A stretch of 64,000 nucleotides of DNA from Marsupella aquatica (GCA_973895155.1 OZ316892.1:10458283-10522282); one strand, 5' to 3'. Counted from the stretch's first letter, positions 25,088-39,143 are shown. A program made the numbers and translations. The notes: generated by a model from the sequence alone, not told the origin.

Positions 25088-27193
25088 AGCTGCAACGGTG
25101 ATTTGCGTGCTGCGAAGTTTGCTTTCAAAGAGAAAGAGCAAGTGAATAGGGGTGGTGAAAATACAGGAGTGAGCGCCTGATCTCTATGCTTGATTCCTAT
25201 CAAGGTATGAAGTCCCCAATCCGTTTCTAAGTCCTGTTGCGAAGTTAGCCGTAGCGACGTAACGTGAACTTTCCTTAAACGCGTAAGGCGTAAGCCGTAA
25301 TCCTGTACTAGCGTAAACTTGTAACAGCGTAAACCCGTAAACCTGTAAACCCGTAAACCCGTAAACCCGTAACGCTCTTACGCGTAAATGTGTAATCCCG
25401 TTATAAAGTATACCCGTAGTTTACACTTGGCATTTTAACAGCAACAGCAGGCTTAAATACTGTAAAAAGTTTAAATTTTTCAGTAATTTCAGGTTTTTGG
25501 TATTACCCAATACTCACATGCCTGAGCAGGATTTCTCGTCATTGCGCTCGACTCGAAGGGAGAGATGTGAACTTGGGCTTAACGGAGAGATCACGAAGAG
25601 GTGATCGTTTTGAGTCCAAGATTGACGATTTTGCCCACGGGAGGAAGGAGTTCTGAGTTTTTGCCACAGATTGACCAGAAACGGTGCGGGTGCGCAAATC
25701 TTTCCAACCCACCGACATCGGTTTCTGATTCCTCACCTTAATCCGAACGTTACAAGGTGCAAGCTCTTTTTGTTTGATGTCCACAAGCATTTTTGGATTT
25801 CTTACGGGCAAATTTTTTGTTCAAAAAACTCTCTCTCTCTCTCTCTCTCATAAAATTATGGGGAGAATTTTTTTTAAATGGCTCATGAAGATCAGTAAGC
25901 ATAAACAGTCTAGAGGAATCTATAACCCTCAACCGTGCTCGCACTATACATTACACCACATATGGGACACGCTCTGGTCACTAATGGAACAAATAAGGAC
26001 AACCATCAGATCAAATACATCGCAACCGTCCAGGTATACCAGAAACAATAGCAAAACCTAAAGTGGGCCGCAAGACATATGAGCCGCCAGCTCTGGCACT
26101 TCTGCTAAAAGAAGAGACACCCCTACACACATTACCAGACACATCACTGCACATCGCGTAAGATTTTGAGAACTTGACACAACAGTGTCCAGATGCTGCT
26201 CGGGACGTGTGGAAGCTGACAGACCAGAGGTGCTGAAGAGGATCAAAGAAACATTGTGAGACCATGCAGAGAGCATCCCGTCCACACATGGGTAACCAGG
26301 ATCAGGTGCCAAAATCTTTTCTATATCAGTTATCTCTGCTCTCTGTTTTACATTCGATTGACTCCATTTGACAGTAACTCTACGAATAAATTTATAAATC
26401 CTAAATGCCACAACTAGCCTTCTCCTGGCCCACGTCTCCCCGCAGCCGTCTAGACAATCACTGTAGAAACGTGGGATTAGAAATCAAGTAAAAAAATTGC
26501 TTGGCTTCAACTCAATGGCGGGGGCTGAACGAAGACATTGAGTGCTTGAATTGATATAGTCTGTCAATTCCCAGGACGAGATGATGGTTTATGCTCGATG
26601 GTGTGGACTCACCACCAGAGCATCACCGTTGTGAGTCATTGTAGACAGGAATACCCTGTTTATCAAGAATACGCATAGTCAACCAAACAAAGTTTAGACC
26701 GGGATAATAACCACGGAGCACGCGCCTTAGGAAGAAATTGGGTTTCCTAGATTGACATTGTATTATCTATTTGTGATCTGTTGTTTGCGCATGATTGTCG
26801 CCTACCCTATGTTGCGTTGTGATGCCTAGCCAGGAATCACTCGGCCAGTGAAGTAGGTAAAGCAGGAATGCACCCTAGAAACACCTTAGTATAGGGACAA
26901 AACAAGGAAAATATAAACAATTAGGGGCGACTATGGAACCAAGGCCGAGGCCGGAGGTAAGGACGCTGGGGGTGAAAACTTGATTAGGGTTAGGGCGTGC
27001 TAAGCATCGACGGCTAGGAAGGATCAACGGGAGGAAGGACCAGAAGAGGAGAGGGGTAAGGAGCGCTTGCAGGAGATGGTGGCTCATTTGTGAGCACGAA
27101 CTAGGCAGACGACTACGGGAGGCCAACTACTGACAGCTGCTTAGGCAAGCACTTGGGGAGAGAATAGATACTGACGATCGACCTAAGGAGGGT

Positions 27194-30100
27194 ATGAGCA
27201 ACGTCAATCAAGCGGCACATTTCTGGGGATGCCTGTTCGAACGGGCAACTGAGTACATCAAGACTTACGAGGACGAGGAATCAGAAAGGGCAGCTCGAGA
27301 ATGGCAGGAGCTCGCTCGATTGTGGAAGCTGCAGAAGACGGCTTTCTTAGGAGGCAAACTCATCAAGGACGAGTTCTTGTGGACTCCTACTTCCAATCAG
27401 CTCGACGATCTTCTGTTTTGCAAAGACAACGTCGTCGGCATCCGAGAGGCCATCAAGAACTGCAATGACATACACTGGGAATTGAAGGGTAGCACGGAAA
27501 GGTGGACCCAGGCAACGGTGCTAGGAGAAACCTCCACGGCAGCAGAGATGAAGAGGAAGGGAGCCGTCAACGATGAAGCCACCCCGGCGAAAAGAACGAG
27601 GTCGGCGGCACCAAAGAAGCCAGCCGAGCAGCAGAGCAGGAGGCAGGGAGAAGCCGAAGAGGAAGAGGTTGATCCCATCAAGGCCATTCCAACCAGGGAT
27701 GACACCTGGAAGGGCTGGGCGGCAACCCTACCAGTGGAGGTGCAACTACATTTTGCACGGGAGGAGGATGCATGCTTTACGGCCATGCAGACCAAGAAGT
27801 ACCAAGGCTTCATGGCCGGATCTGGCTTAGAGGCCTTTGTAAGATTACCATGGCTGAAGCCGGAAGTACCGGATTCAGACCTATTAGAATTCGTGGGGTC
27901 ATGGGAACCCGAGACCAATTGCACGAGGATATATGGGAAGGATTTCTATCTTACTCCCAAAGTGATTGCCGAAGTGTTTGGCTTGCTGATAGGCAATAAG
28001 ACCAAAGTTGATACCAGGAAGACCTTGCCTGACAAGGAGTTTCGGTTGTTCCCCGGGCCATCAACAAAGAATGGCTTCTTCCGGAACACCTGCACCAACC
28101 CGCACATAGGAGAGATGATCGACTTCTTGAGAGTGACCATGCATTGTAACTTGCCGAGGGCAGAGATCGGCAAGGCACAGGTCTATCTGGCAGAGAGGCC
28201 AGACCCAAGCCGGGACTACAACGGGTACCTCCTCAACCAATTGAAGAAGATCTTAAAGGAGGAGCAGTAGGTAATCGGCATGGGGAGCGTGTCGCGGCTT
28301 GGCTATCACATGCCGCTGTTGTGCCGGTATGCCAGAGGTCAGACTTTTGCCCCAGTACTTCCCCTGCAGGTAAGGGCACCCGAGGAAGCTCCAGCACCGA
28401 GGCCGGTAGTAGAGAAGCCTCAACCACCTGTTAGCCCTACAATCGAGCAGGTGTTTAGGCCAAGGAAGGAGGACTTGCCGATGCAGCAACCAGGCATGCA
28501 GAGTCTGCTGAAACTACTGGAGAAAGAAAAGAGATCGGCATCGGCAACGACAATGGCAACGGCAACAATGCAGGACACTACTCCAGAGGTAGGCCTACAC
28601 CGGCTCACAAGAGAAAACCCCTTTGCTGGAGACAAGGAGAGAATCAGGCCGGAATCCAAGCCAGGTGTTCGAATGTATGTGGGAGTCTCAAGCTCTGAAT
28701 CTGAGGCTGAATTGCCTGAAGCTCCTACCGACAAAGAGGAGAGGGAGAAGCCGGATGTCCAAGAAGTAGAGGAGGCAATGGAGGACTTCACCCATGATAA
28801 CTCCGGCTATGGGTCAGACCATCACGTTCCAGGAGTAAGGACCTGTGGCCGGTTTGTCCCCACACTTCCAAGGGTAGTACGAGGGGACCCCAACTAGCAG
28901 AGTAGCCCTGAGTCTCCCCCACCAGATGTTGCTCCCCCGAGCTTTGACGGCATAAAACGGACGGCGCAGGAATTTCAGGAGCGAATCAGGCAGGAAGAGG
29001 AGGCAGCCCTGGCTAGAGAAAAGGATTTTCCAGGAGGAGATTGGCCAGAGGACATCAGACGGCTAGCCGAAAAAGGAAGCAAACCTCTAGCCACGATTGA
29101 AGAGATCCACAAGATGGCTTGGGAGCAGAGGCCGCGATGGGCGATGCCGATCACTTCTACTTACTCCACCTACGCTAAGAATAGAGCCATGGAGTATGGT
29201 GAGATGTGTGGGGAACTTGCGCTCGGCATCTTTGGAGAGGAGTTGGAGGTAGGACCCTTTTTCCATAGGGAGCAGTTGGAGAAGCACCAATTAGAAGAAG
29301 CGGTGGCTTTAGAGAGAAGCAAGAAGGATGAGGTCATTCGGCGGCTTAGGAGGATGGAAGCCAAGATTGAAGATCTAAGGGCGGCCAAGAAAGCCCAAGA
29401 TGAACTGCGGATTAAACGGCATGAGCTGAACATCATGCAGGGGCAGTTGGACACCGCGTAGGCTAATAATCAGAATATCAAGGATAAACTGACTCAGACG
29501 CAGGGAGAGTTGGCCGATATTATCAAAGAGAGGGAGAAGTGGAAGCGAGAGCTGAGGAATGCAGAGGAGGCCCACATAACAGCCAACAGTCGGGCCATGG
29601 CGGAGACCCAAAGAAAGGAATGGGCGTTGAAAGGGGAGCTTGAGAAAATCCGCGGAGCCCTTGAGCAGAAGGAGGCCGAGTTAGGAAAATCCTATCAAGG
29701 AATTATGGCGCTGCAGCAGGAGCTTGCGTCCCTGACGGCCAGCTTCAAGGCCAACCTAAGGGAGAAGGACGAGATGCTCGATCAGACTTACGCCAAGATG
29801 AATCAGATGGAGTCTGTCATCATTGCAGAGCTCGACAAGGAGCTAAGAGCAACCCGGGAGGAGAGGGCTACCTTGAAGAAAGAACGGGAGGAAGCCCAGA
29901 AGGAACTAGAGGAGGCGTGCAAGGACCTGGATGAGACACAGGAGGAGTTGGAGGAGATCACGAGGAAGATGGAGAACCTCCAGCGGCGGGCCGATAACCA
30001 AACAGAGCGGCTGAAGAAACAAGCCGCAGTATTTAAGTGCTTGTCTTCATCAGGCCCAACTCCAATTGGGGCAACCAAGTTACCAGGAGTGGTACTGGCC

Positions 30101-30574
30101 GAAGAAAAAGCCGCGCCACCTGCACCCGTGCCGGAAGTAAGTGGGAGGGGGAAGGGACCAGCTGCCAAACCAGAATAGAAGAAGAAGCAGAAACCTTCAG
30201 GGTCAAGGAGTAATACGACTCCACTGGCCGTGGTGACCAAGGAGGAAGACCCAGCACCAACCTCCGGCAGGAACACGGCAATAGATCCCGCTATCACCAA
30301 GGGTGGGGAGGGTGCGGCCCAAGCCGAACTACTCAATCATGAGGCCGGTATCCCAGATCCGCCTCTTGAGCAAGCCGGGGAAACCGTAGCCGAGGCTGAG
30401 GCCGTAGCCGATAATGATTCCCGAGCCGATGCCGACGCCGATGGTGGACCCAGTCAGGCCGATGGAGAGTTGACTCAGTCAAGGGCAGGTAATCTGTCAG
30501 AAAACGAACCTACGGCAGTGGCTGAGGAGGAAGCGTTGGGGGCGTCCATTGAGGATCCACCACCGGTGTCGTGA
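27194..30574 (+). pseudogene. Large accessory ORF (~1100 codons, in-frame stops): PMD-like domain plus long coiled coil
   Basis: ORFs 27194-28270, 28280-28897, 29114-29461, 29510-30178 and 30230-30574 share one frame and are separated by stops. GLEAFVRLPW..IAEVFGL..KNGF resembles the 24092 ORF. E/K-rich heptads at 29300-30020. Confidence 0.7.
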
Positions 30575-31486
30575 CGGTGCAAGGGCGCCGTTCCTTTCAG
30601 GAAGGGCGGACGTGGAGGGAGGAGGCGTGAGTGGGCAGGGCGGGCGCTGATCTCCAAGTTTAGGATCAGGACTAGGAGCGGCCCTGACACTTAGCTTAGT
30701 GGGATTGCGGTTCCACTGGTAGGAGCAACATTTGTGCTCCTGCCTTGCTGTACAGGTAGATCCAGGCAAGTAGATTACTGTTAGGTAGATTAGGCTTACG
30801 CTGCAAAGACTTAGGCGGATCCACTACCAGGATAAGTACCTGGGCAGCGGGGAGCTCAGGGCCTCTTCTTTAGCAAGTTTTTAGTTTGCACCAGCCGGGC
30901 TGGGATCAAGTAGTAAGAGAAGCTCTCGGTTAGTCATACAGTGACCCTTGTGTATATTCATGTTTCCTCATGCCTAAGAGCTGAATAGAGTTGGCCTCAC
31001 GGCTTAGTTCGCAGAGCTTGTGTATGAGATGTACTGTTTGTATGGCAAGTGCATGGTATGACTCAGTCAGAATGAGTCATTTTGCTATTTGTGTGTCGCA
31101 TTAACTTGTGTGAAGAGTGCCCACATCAACTAATAGGTGAAGGAAAGTAAGCAGGGGAGTGAGAGTTGGATGTGTCGAGCTGAGAGAGGTCTTAGCGGCT
31201 TAACCAAGCCTATTGGGGATCATTCCGGCGGAGGAATCCAAACATACCTAACAAGACGGAGGGGAAGACGAGGGAAGGCCTAGATTAGGCCGGCTATGTA
31301 TCTCATGACCCGATGAAGGATCTGTCCAGTATATGTGTGTAAAATGTTAATAGTAGTAGTAGAAGGTTAGCAGCGTCCCATGCCGCTAAGCCGCGGAAAC
31401 GGCCTCGCCAAGCGCGAAACCTGTGGGAATCGGCTTGAGCTGGGGGGTTTCTTGGGTTTAGGGAGCCATGGGACGCACCACATTTT

Positions 31487-31505
31487 TGGCGCTAGATGGA
31501 GGGGG
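31487..31505 (+). other. Primer-binding site of the Tat-like gypsy element
   Basis: TGGCGCTAGATGGAGGGGG after a CA end; resembles the TGGCGCTAGAAGGAGGG PBS I recall from plant Tat-lineage elements. Confidence 0.7.
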
Positions 31506-31551
31506 CATTTCTTAAGCCGTGAGATATGAAGTTAGAAAGGAAGCATAGGTA

Positions 31552-33125
31552 ATGACTGACCTTACGCCGAGGGAAGAAAGAGTGATTCAAAGGGAGAGAG
31601 CTCGACTGCAGCAGCTCGCCGGGTGGCATGATACACAGCGACTGAGAGGGGCAGAAAGAGCTGGTAGCTCCGAAACTGGAAGTGGCGTCGAAGAAGACAT
31701 ACCAGAAGAAGAGTCGGTAAGGAGAAGTGAGTCTCCAACCGACATGGGGGAACCAGAGGCACGGCCAGATGAGAGGCCAGGGACCAGACTGAGCCAACGG
31801 TCACGCATACATTACAAGGCATTTCATGGGAGAGGGATGAGGATCCGGACGAATGGTTGGATGATTTCGAGGGAACCGCTGCAGCAAATGGAGAATCGGC
31901 CATCAAGATGCAGATTCTTCCCGGCCTGTTCAAGGGTGAGGCTAGGCCTTGGTACAGAGCATTAGATGTGGAAGATCAAGCCATCTGGGATATCTTCAAA
32001 ATACTCTTTGTGAAGGAGTTTCGACCCATTGGAACTTCAGAACTAGCAGTGCTGAAGTTGGGACGACTTCGGTTCAAGGAAAACAAATCCTTCAGGAAGT
32101 TCTTGCAACGCTTTCAGAAACTGGTAAGACGTACAAAGACCAATGCATCTGAAGGTATGCAACTTCAATGGTTGGTGAATGCTTTGCCGCAGAAGATGAG
32201 TTTTGCAATTAGGAAGGAGAACCCGGAGACTTTAGCCGATGCAATTAAGGATATTCAATTATACATTAATGCAGATATCACAAGCCGGAAGAAACAGCTT
32301 AAGTCTGAGAGTTCCTCATCGGAGGAGGGATCACCCCATAAGAAAAAAGATAAGAAGAAGAAACATTCTAAGAAGTCAAGAAGTGATAACTCAAGCTCGG
32401 ATAGTGGAAGTAGCAAGAGTGAGTCATCTTCTAGTTCTGAAGAAGAAAAAACTAGGAAACGGAAGGGCAGAAGGAGAGGGAAGACGAAAGTCAAGCTGGA
32501 GGCTAAGCCACCAGATAACATCGTAGCCCTTACCGAGCAACTTAAGGCTATAATTGCAGAGGTAAAGCCGAAGAAGAAGGCAGTACAGGAGGATAGCTCT
32601 ATATGGTGTGCCTTATGTTATAAAACCAGACACCATAAAGATGCGTGTCCTAAACTTAATACTAATCATGTTCGGCATGTGGCCGAGATCAGACCATGTC
32701 AGGGAGAAGTAGAGTACTTTTTAGGGGATGCCGCTGATAGTGTTTTCGGCATCAGTGAGACTGGAGCACGAGACCTATCCAACAGACCTGCATCCCTGTG
32801 GTCAGGATTAAGGAACAATCCAAGAGAGATGTATCCCCGGATTATTCAGAACCCGTCAGTACCTCCTAGGCCGAATGTGCAAAGATTTGCGGCATGCTAT
32901 AATTGTGGTCAACCTGGGCATTTTGCTAGAGAATGCCCGAATGCACGCAAATAGTGTGATGGACAACCAGCTCAGCTATGTATGGGATGCCGACAGGAAG
33001 GTCATATGCTAGGACAATGTCCTACTTGGTTGGCAGGCCTGGCCGCAAATCATAAACTTTTGCCGGTCAAGGTCTTGCCACCAGGTACTACCCCGGAAGA
33101 GTTCAAATCAATCACATCGAACTAG
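31552..33125 (+). pseudogene. Retrotransposon gag (frameshift near 31830, stop at 32954)
   Basis: EDPDEWLDDFE..GEARPWY..FVKEF capsid-like motif. CCHC knuckles CALCYKTRHHKDAC, CYNCGQPGHFAREC and CMGCRQEGHMLGQC. Confidence 0.85.
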
Positions 33126-34494
33126 GATGGCAAGAGGATCCCGAGGCAGAGTTCGTACCATCTAATGATGAAGCCGAAGCCCTATCAACCTTCTCAGAAG
33201 AGGATTTAGATCTTGATTGCTACCGGGTCTCTACTCGATCTACCAGAAGGAAGGAAAGGTGGGATGGGCTGGCCAAAAATAAAGGGAAGGTTATGGAGGA
33301 AAAGATCGACTCTTTGTCAACGGAAGGAGAAGGGAGGGCTCCGGCAATACAGGTAAGCCATGAGCCCACCAGTGAACCCAATCCTTCACAAGATAGCGAC
33401 TTCAATCGAGATCATCCTAAGTTGTTCTACCCCTCTGTTACGGCTAGTGTTAAGGAACAACTGAGAGAATTAGAAACGTTGGAGGCAATAATAATAATAC
33501 TTCATATATTACAATTTGTATTGAGTGATAATGCTTAATGCTGCCGGGAATGCTGCAATCTTTATATATGTAATCAAGTATGTAACTGGAGAGTTTTTTT
33601 GAAGACCAAGTTACCACTGGTCATGTATGTATATAACCGCTCTATAAAGGAGATGAAAATGGTAAGTCTTTATACATCTAAAGACTGATATTGAATCAGC
33701 TAACCCTGCAGCTAACCTAAGACAATACAAACCTAAGACTCCTGCCCACTGTCATGCCTTCCAATGCTGGTCTGCTTCATAAGTGAATAGTCACTTATGT
33801 GTACAGGCCATTCTGCTTGCCAAAAAATATGATTGTAAAAATGGGAAGGGACAATTGCAGGCAAATCATATGATTTTCAAATAGAGATCACACTCCATAG
33901 CCCCTCCACACCTGCCTCTACTTCAGGAATCACAACATCTATGATTCCTAAAGTAACCACAACCTCCAGATCTCTCTTTAGCTATCTCCTTGTTGCTCCA
34001 CTCTTCTTTGCTGTAATCAGGGCTGCCTTTCCCCTGTGCCTTCCTTGACTTTGGAACTCTGGAATAAACCACAACAGCTGCTGCAGTTGTCAGACCTCCA
34101 GTACTAGGTCTGCTTCTCCTCCTGCTCAGTCTAGAGCATTTCTTCATCACTGTTGTCCCCACCTTAGTCATCTCGAAGTCTCCAATACACCTGATCCACA
34201 AATGGACCAACACCATGAATGAGTATTATATTGAATACAACCAGATCTACAAGGTTTACAGATTACATAACATCAGAATACGCTTAGGATGTTTTCAAAT
34301 CTTGCTACCTTCACTCCTCTGGAGAATGTGTAACCCCGGTGTGTAACTGATGAATGATAAACATCAGGCATGGAGTGTACCTGCCCCAAATACAGGTCAT
34401 CAGTCTATGTTGTTCTTTACAAAATTGTCGAGGGCAGTCACATCATCTGGAGGCAACTTAAAAATAGTTGGATAGAGAGGATCCACTGTAAAAC

Positions 34495-37400
34495 TCACAG
34501 TTGATATGACAAGTCCAAGTCAATGGTCTGTGGATCACACATATTATAAGCAAATTTGTTCCTACTAGACCCAACCGGTGTAAACCAATTGAACACTACT
34601 TGACATGCAGCTTCGGAACTAGGTCTATCAAGTAGATCCAAAGGTTCTCTAGATCTGCAAACACTGTTACCATACTTTCGGTGGATGCTTTGCACCCTGC
34701 CAATCCACCAAACATACTTTGGCCCAGATGCAGAACACACTACTACCGGATCTCCTCTTGGCTTCTTTGGATTGGTCACATTTTGTTTTGATTTCCTTCC
34801 ACCTGCTTTCCCTTTGGATGCTTTTGCTACAGCCTCTGAGTTTCGAGTTGCCCTGACCTCATGTTGAGTTTCATCAAGGAAGAAAACACCACAGTCAGTG
34901 CCCATTGTCATGAACATAGTTGGTACACCCTCTCTATAGTTGGGTTTGTCCACTAAATTATTGAAGTACACACTCTGTTTCACACGAGTCAATCGGTCCT
35001 TACTCAAGTGGGGGTTTCCAATCAGCTGGCTAACCAATGTACTTTTGTAGATTTGTCGCTCTTGAAAACACACAGTTGGCTTCACTTGCTTAATTGGTGC
35101 ACCATACAACAAGTCTGAATTCATGATATTCATTGTTGCAGACAATTTGGAGGCAGCTTCCTCTACATGAGTGTCTACGTAACGGACAGACATCCCAGGG
35201 AAGGAACTCTCAGTCTCAGTCTCAGCGCCAGCTACAATCCCCAGGGTGGTAACAATAGGTGAAGCTTCCAAAATCATTGTATCAGTCTCAATGATAGTTT
35301 GAGGTTGGGCTTCACCATTCAAAGCAGGTCACACATCTCGAATGTCCAAAGTATCTCGTACATCTACAAGTGTATCCACATTGATGTCACACCATCCACC
35401 AGACTTCACCCCTTTTGACTCAACTTTCCACGGTGAGTTCCACCATAGCTTATCCTTGCAAGATGTTGAAGGATTCATTTCCAGCTCAGTTGCAGCACAT
35501 TGTGCCAAACTTAATCCCTCCTGCAATGCAACCACGATCGCTGCATTTGTCTCTATCCCTGTATAATCTGTCTGATCTGGACAGACATGAACTGCCTCTG
35601 AATCTAATTGAAGATCCATCCAAATGTTCAAATGCTTTTTATGGCTCTTTCCAGCACCCATCAATCCCTCTGATACATCCATTGCAGCCAATCTGTTAAG
35701 ATTAGTGGCGCACTCCACTAATTCTGACAAGTCATAGCTTCGCTCACGACCGTTCATGCCCCTACTTTTGAGAAGAATTGCTCACACGCATCTGAGCCAG
35801 TCAACTCTAGAGGCACTGGAAGATGCTTGAAGTGGTCTCGGAATTGGATTATCAACAGAACTATAAAATGGACTGACATTTGAACATCGAGAAAGGTTTG
35901 CATAGGGATACAGTTCCGCATGAAAGTAATTGGTTGTGTATTCCCCCCTACAGTATGGTTCCCATGGAAGCACCATAGGCGCCACACTCTGAAGAAGAAA
36001 CCCACCTTCCCACAAAGTACAACCCTCTCCCGTAGAGTGAGCCGAGGGTTCATGAATATATCCAGATAATCTCCACATATACAAACAAACACCTCAATTC
36101 CAAGTGCGAGCTCCACCCTTGCATCCTTCCGCAGACGCAACATCCTCATCGTAGAACCCACCTTACGACTACAAATCCTTTGTGCACTAGCCCAATTCTG
36201 CCTATCATTTCGTGTTACATCATCATGGTTCAGCCCATGAAGGTCATGGTCATATAAACCTAACAGGAGTCTCAGATGACTCAGGTTGGCCACTTGAGTC
36301 CCTAGTTTCAATATCCGAGCTAAAGAATCCAATGGGTTCACTAAGTTCTTCCCATTGTGGATATAGTCTTGGTCATGTAGCCCAATAGCGTGGGTCAATG
36401 GCCCATCACCTATCATAGAGTGGCTCAATTGCCAGCCTTCCCACCCAAGGCTAAATCTTGGCCCTGCCTTCCGACAGCCAGTATAGTCCTCCAACATTAA
36501 CTTCCTCCTACGTGCATCACCATCACTTGCATGGCCGAGTAAAGGCCCCACACTCTCCAGACAATGAGTGTTCCACAATGACTCCAGGATATCCCACTGC
36601 TCTCTAACCCAAGGAGCTTTAAATCTATTACATGTACCTGTAGCTAGTATAAGCAACCGTGGGAACCCCTCTGCAAGGGGATTGACTACTATACAACGAG
36701 CCATCTGCCCTACCACATTGTTGTCAAAAGCATCAACGATGATGTGGAAGCCAAGTTCTCCTTCGCCCACTTCTATCTCCCACCCAACAAGGCATACATG
36801 CCCTGTTTGGGTGACGCAAAACCCAATCATGGTGTCATGTTTTGGCAGCCACCTGCAAGAAACCAAAACTGAGTTCTTGGTTTCCAGATGGAGCCTACAT
36901 AATAGTTGAAACAAAGATAAAGGTGAAACTAGGATCCAACACCATGACATGACTAATATCATGCGTGAGGGCCTGAAGTACAACATCATGCATGAGGGCC
37001 TGAAGAAAGTACCTTACTGTTTTTTTGACAGTGGTCTCATCTTCTGCCAAATAACAGGGAACTGGCCCTTTGATGTTGAGTCTCTCTTTCAGTTTGGAGT
37101 ACACTTGAGAGACAAACATAAATTGTTCAGCATGGATTCCTGCTCGGAATACTGCCATCCCTCTTCTGTCCCGTTGAAGGGTGTTTATGCTTGGCCCTAT
37201 CCCATTACTTGCAAGGCAGTCAACAACATGTCGACCACCATGCAAGAAGAGTGTTTGGCAGAGAAGCTTTGTTCCAGCCTTGAACCTATATCCCTCCTTT
37301 GTCGTATTCAAGTTTGAAGCTATATCAAATAACATATCCCACAATGCACCTCTCCCACCAAATGCACCCTTCCTGTGCGCAAGGACTATGGACTGACAAA

Positions 37401-39143
37401 CCTTAAGGATAGATTCCTTATTGGGGCCTTGATAGTCAAGACAAACTTCCTTTATACTAGGGATCCGAGACTTCAGCATCAACAGTTTGTGACTTAGATA
37501 TTTCTGCAACTTCCTCTCTCTCAAAATTCGGTTTCTGTATACTTTAGCTTGGTTTTGGACCTCAGGAATTGTGAGGCAACCTAGCCGCCTGCCCTTGCCA
37601 GTCCCTCTCTCTCCTCTTTTCTCATAGGCCTTGACCTCTCTTGCTACCCGAAGTCTGAAGTCCTTCATGTTCTTAATGGAATAACACTTGAAACACGTCA
37701 AATCATCAAACCCACCCCCCCAACTGTGACATTCGACTACATTCTTTATGCCTGGAAAGGCCCTTGATCTCACAAGCTTCTTCACTATACATAGAGAACA
37801 CCTCTGCCATTACTAGGGGCGCTGCATACCACGCACCACCCACTTTCACCTAGTCATGTAGGTGACTTTTGATAGGCCTAAGTTCTGACCCTACTTCTAT
37901 CTCATCCCGCCACAGACCCCAACACAACAATGACAAATTATCAAAAGTACCTCTATCATCATCTCGTGCTGACATCCTTGACGAGCTACTTGATGCACCT
38001 GCAGTCGAGGTGCGAGTCAAGAACCCCTGAATTTTTCTTTGTTTCTTATCCCTCCCGTCCACAGTACGGGGTCTGCCAGGGTGCCCTGACAAAACTGGCT
38101 CGTTTCTTGTAGGCCTCTGACTTTTGGCCACATAATCAAGATGGATCAAGCCAGTACAATGGCTTGTCAGATTAGCCTCCAAGTTTTGTTGTTTGGGTAC
38201 CAAAGTCAAATGGTGAAGACAAAAATTGCAGAACAGTTTCAAAGTCTGGAACTCCACTGGTTCCTTATGGACATCCCCCTCGACTGTAAACGTCTCGCGA
38301 CCAACTGTCTGCAACTCGTTGATCTTTGCTACAATCTTCAAATGCTCTTCAAGTATGGCTCTATCAGTCAAAGTATTTGACTGCGCCCTCCTTGAAATCT
38401 CCACAGGCCCAACTTTCTCACCCCTGTTCCTAGCCACCCGAGCTGCATGCTTTGATGATCGCAAATGCGAATTTTTGAAGTTGGTAAATGCATTATTGAT
38501 GGATGATTTATCCATCAATGTACCTTTTGCTAGCCCTTCCACCCGCTTGTCACACTCACAACACTCGATATGCCCCCAGGGCATGTTGTCTTTGTCCCAA
38601 GTTCTCACTTTCCACTTGTGGTGAGCACATTTAATGGATTCCATGTGAGTCTTCAACTTATCCGCAGATGCTTTCCATACTGCCTTTAAAGTATTACTCA
38701 TAAGAGTGGACATGAACGTGACTTGTTGTTCAGGCTCTGGCAAGGGGCAACCAGAGTGTGGATCAGCTTCCACTGGAGGCTCCCATTCATGGGAACATCG
38801 ACATCATCACTCTCTGGCAATGAAAGGCCATTGGAAGCATTGCTACTCCCGAGGGCTTGCCCTGCGCCTCCAAGGCATTTTTGGGAATGATAACAATCTT
38901 TCCCCCACAATCCTCCAAAAGATTGCAGATCTCCCATTTCTCCGGCATCCGAGTGGCGAGATTGACATCAATAAAGTGGAAGTCAAAATCGAGTAGTGCC
39001 TCCAACTTCAGTCGGGCATCAGCATACGATTCCCCTGCTTTGTAACTATATGACGATATAGGTTTTCTTTCCCCACCTTCTTTGTCTACTTGAAACAAAG
39101 TCGCAGGCGACATTCTCTCACCCTTTACTGACAACCTATCCAC
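34495..39143 (-). pseudogene. P-element/THAP9-like DDE transposase with N-terminal C2H2-like zinc fingers, frameshifted; one clear intron at 36853-37012
   Basis: Ordered motifs GPSINTL, YLAEDETTV(R/W)LPKHDTMIG, HASDGD, QDYIHNGKNLVNPL, RQNWASAQRICS and SDACEQFFSKVG parallel the P-superfamily D, D, DxxH and E motifs. The GT-AG splice restores the frame. Confidence 0.7.

Larger units (their letters stand above)
26640..33487 (+). mobile_element. 3'-truncated Ty3/gypsy (Tat-like) element: long upstream region with ORF, PBS, gag
   Basis: ..CCACA then TTTT then PBS at 31487, followed by gag with zinc knuckles. The left boundary (TGTAGAC at 26640) is inferred. pol is absent. Confidence 0.65.

Noticed and set aside
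25260-25400. AAACCCGT repeats as an interstitial telomere
   Set aside because: The unit is an 8-mer, not AAACCCT, and related CGTAAA units occur at 22380-22440 in the same retroelement.
25860-26639. Possible minus-strand LINE 3' fragment
   Set aside because: No diagnostic motif or TSD identified.
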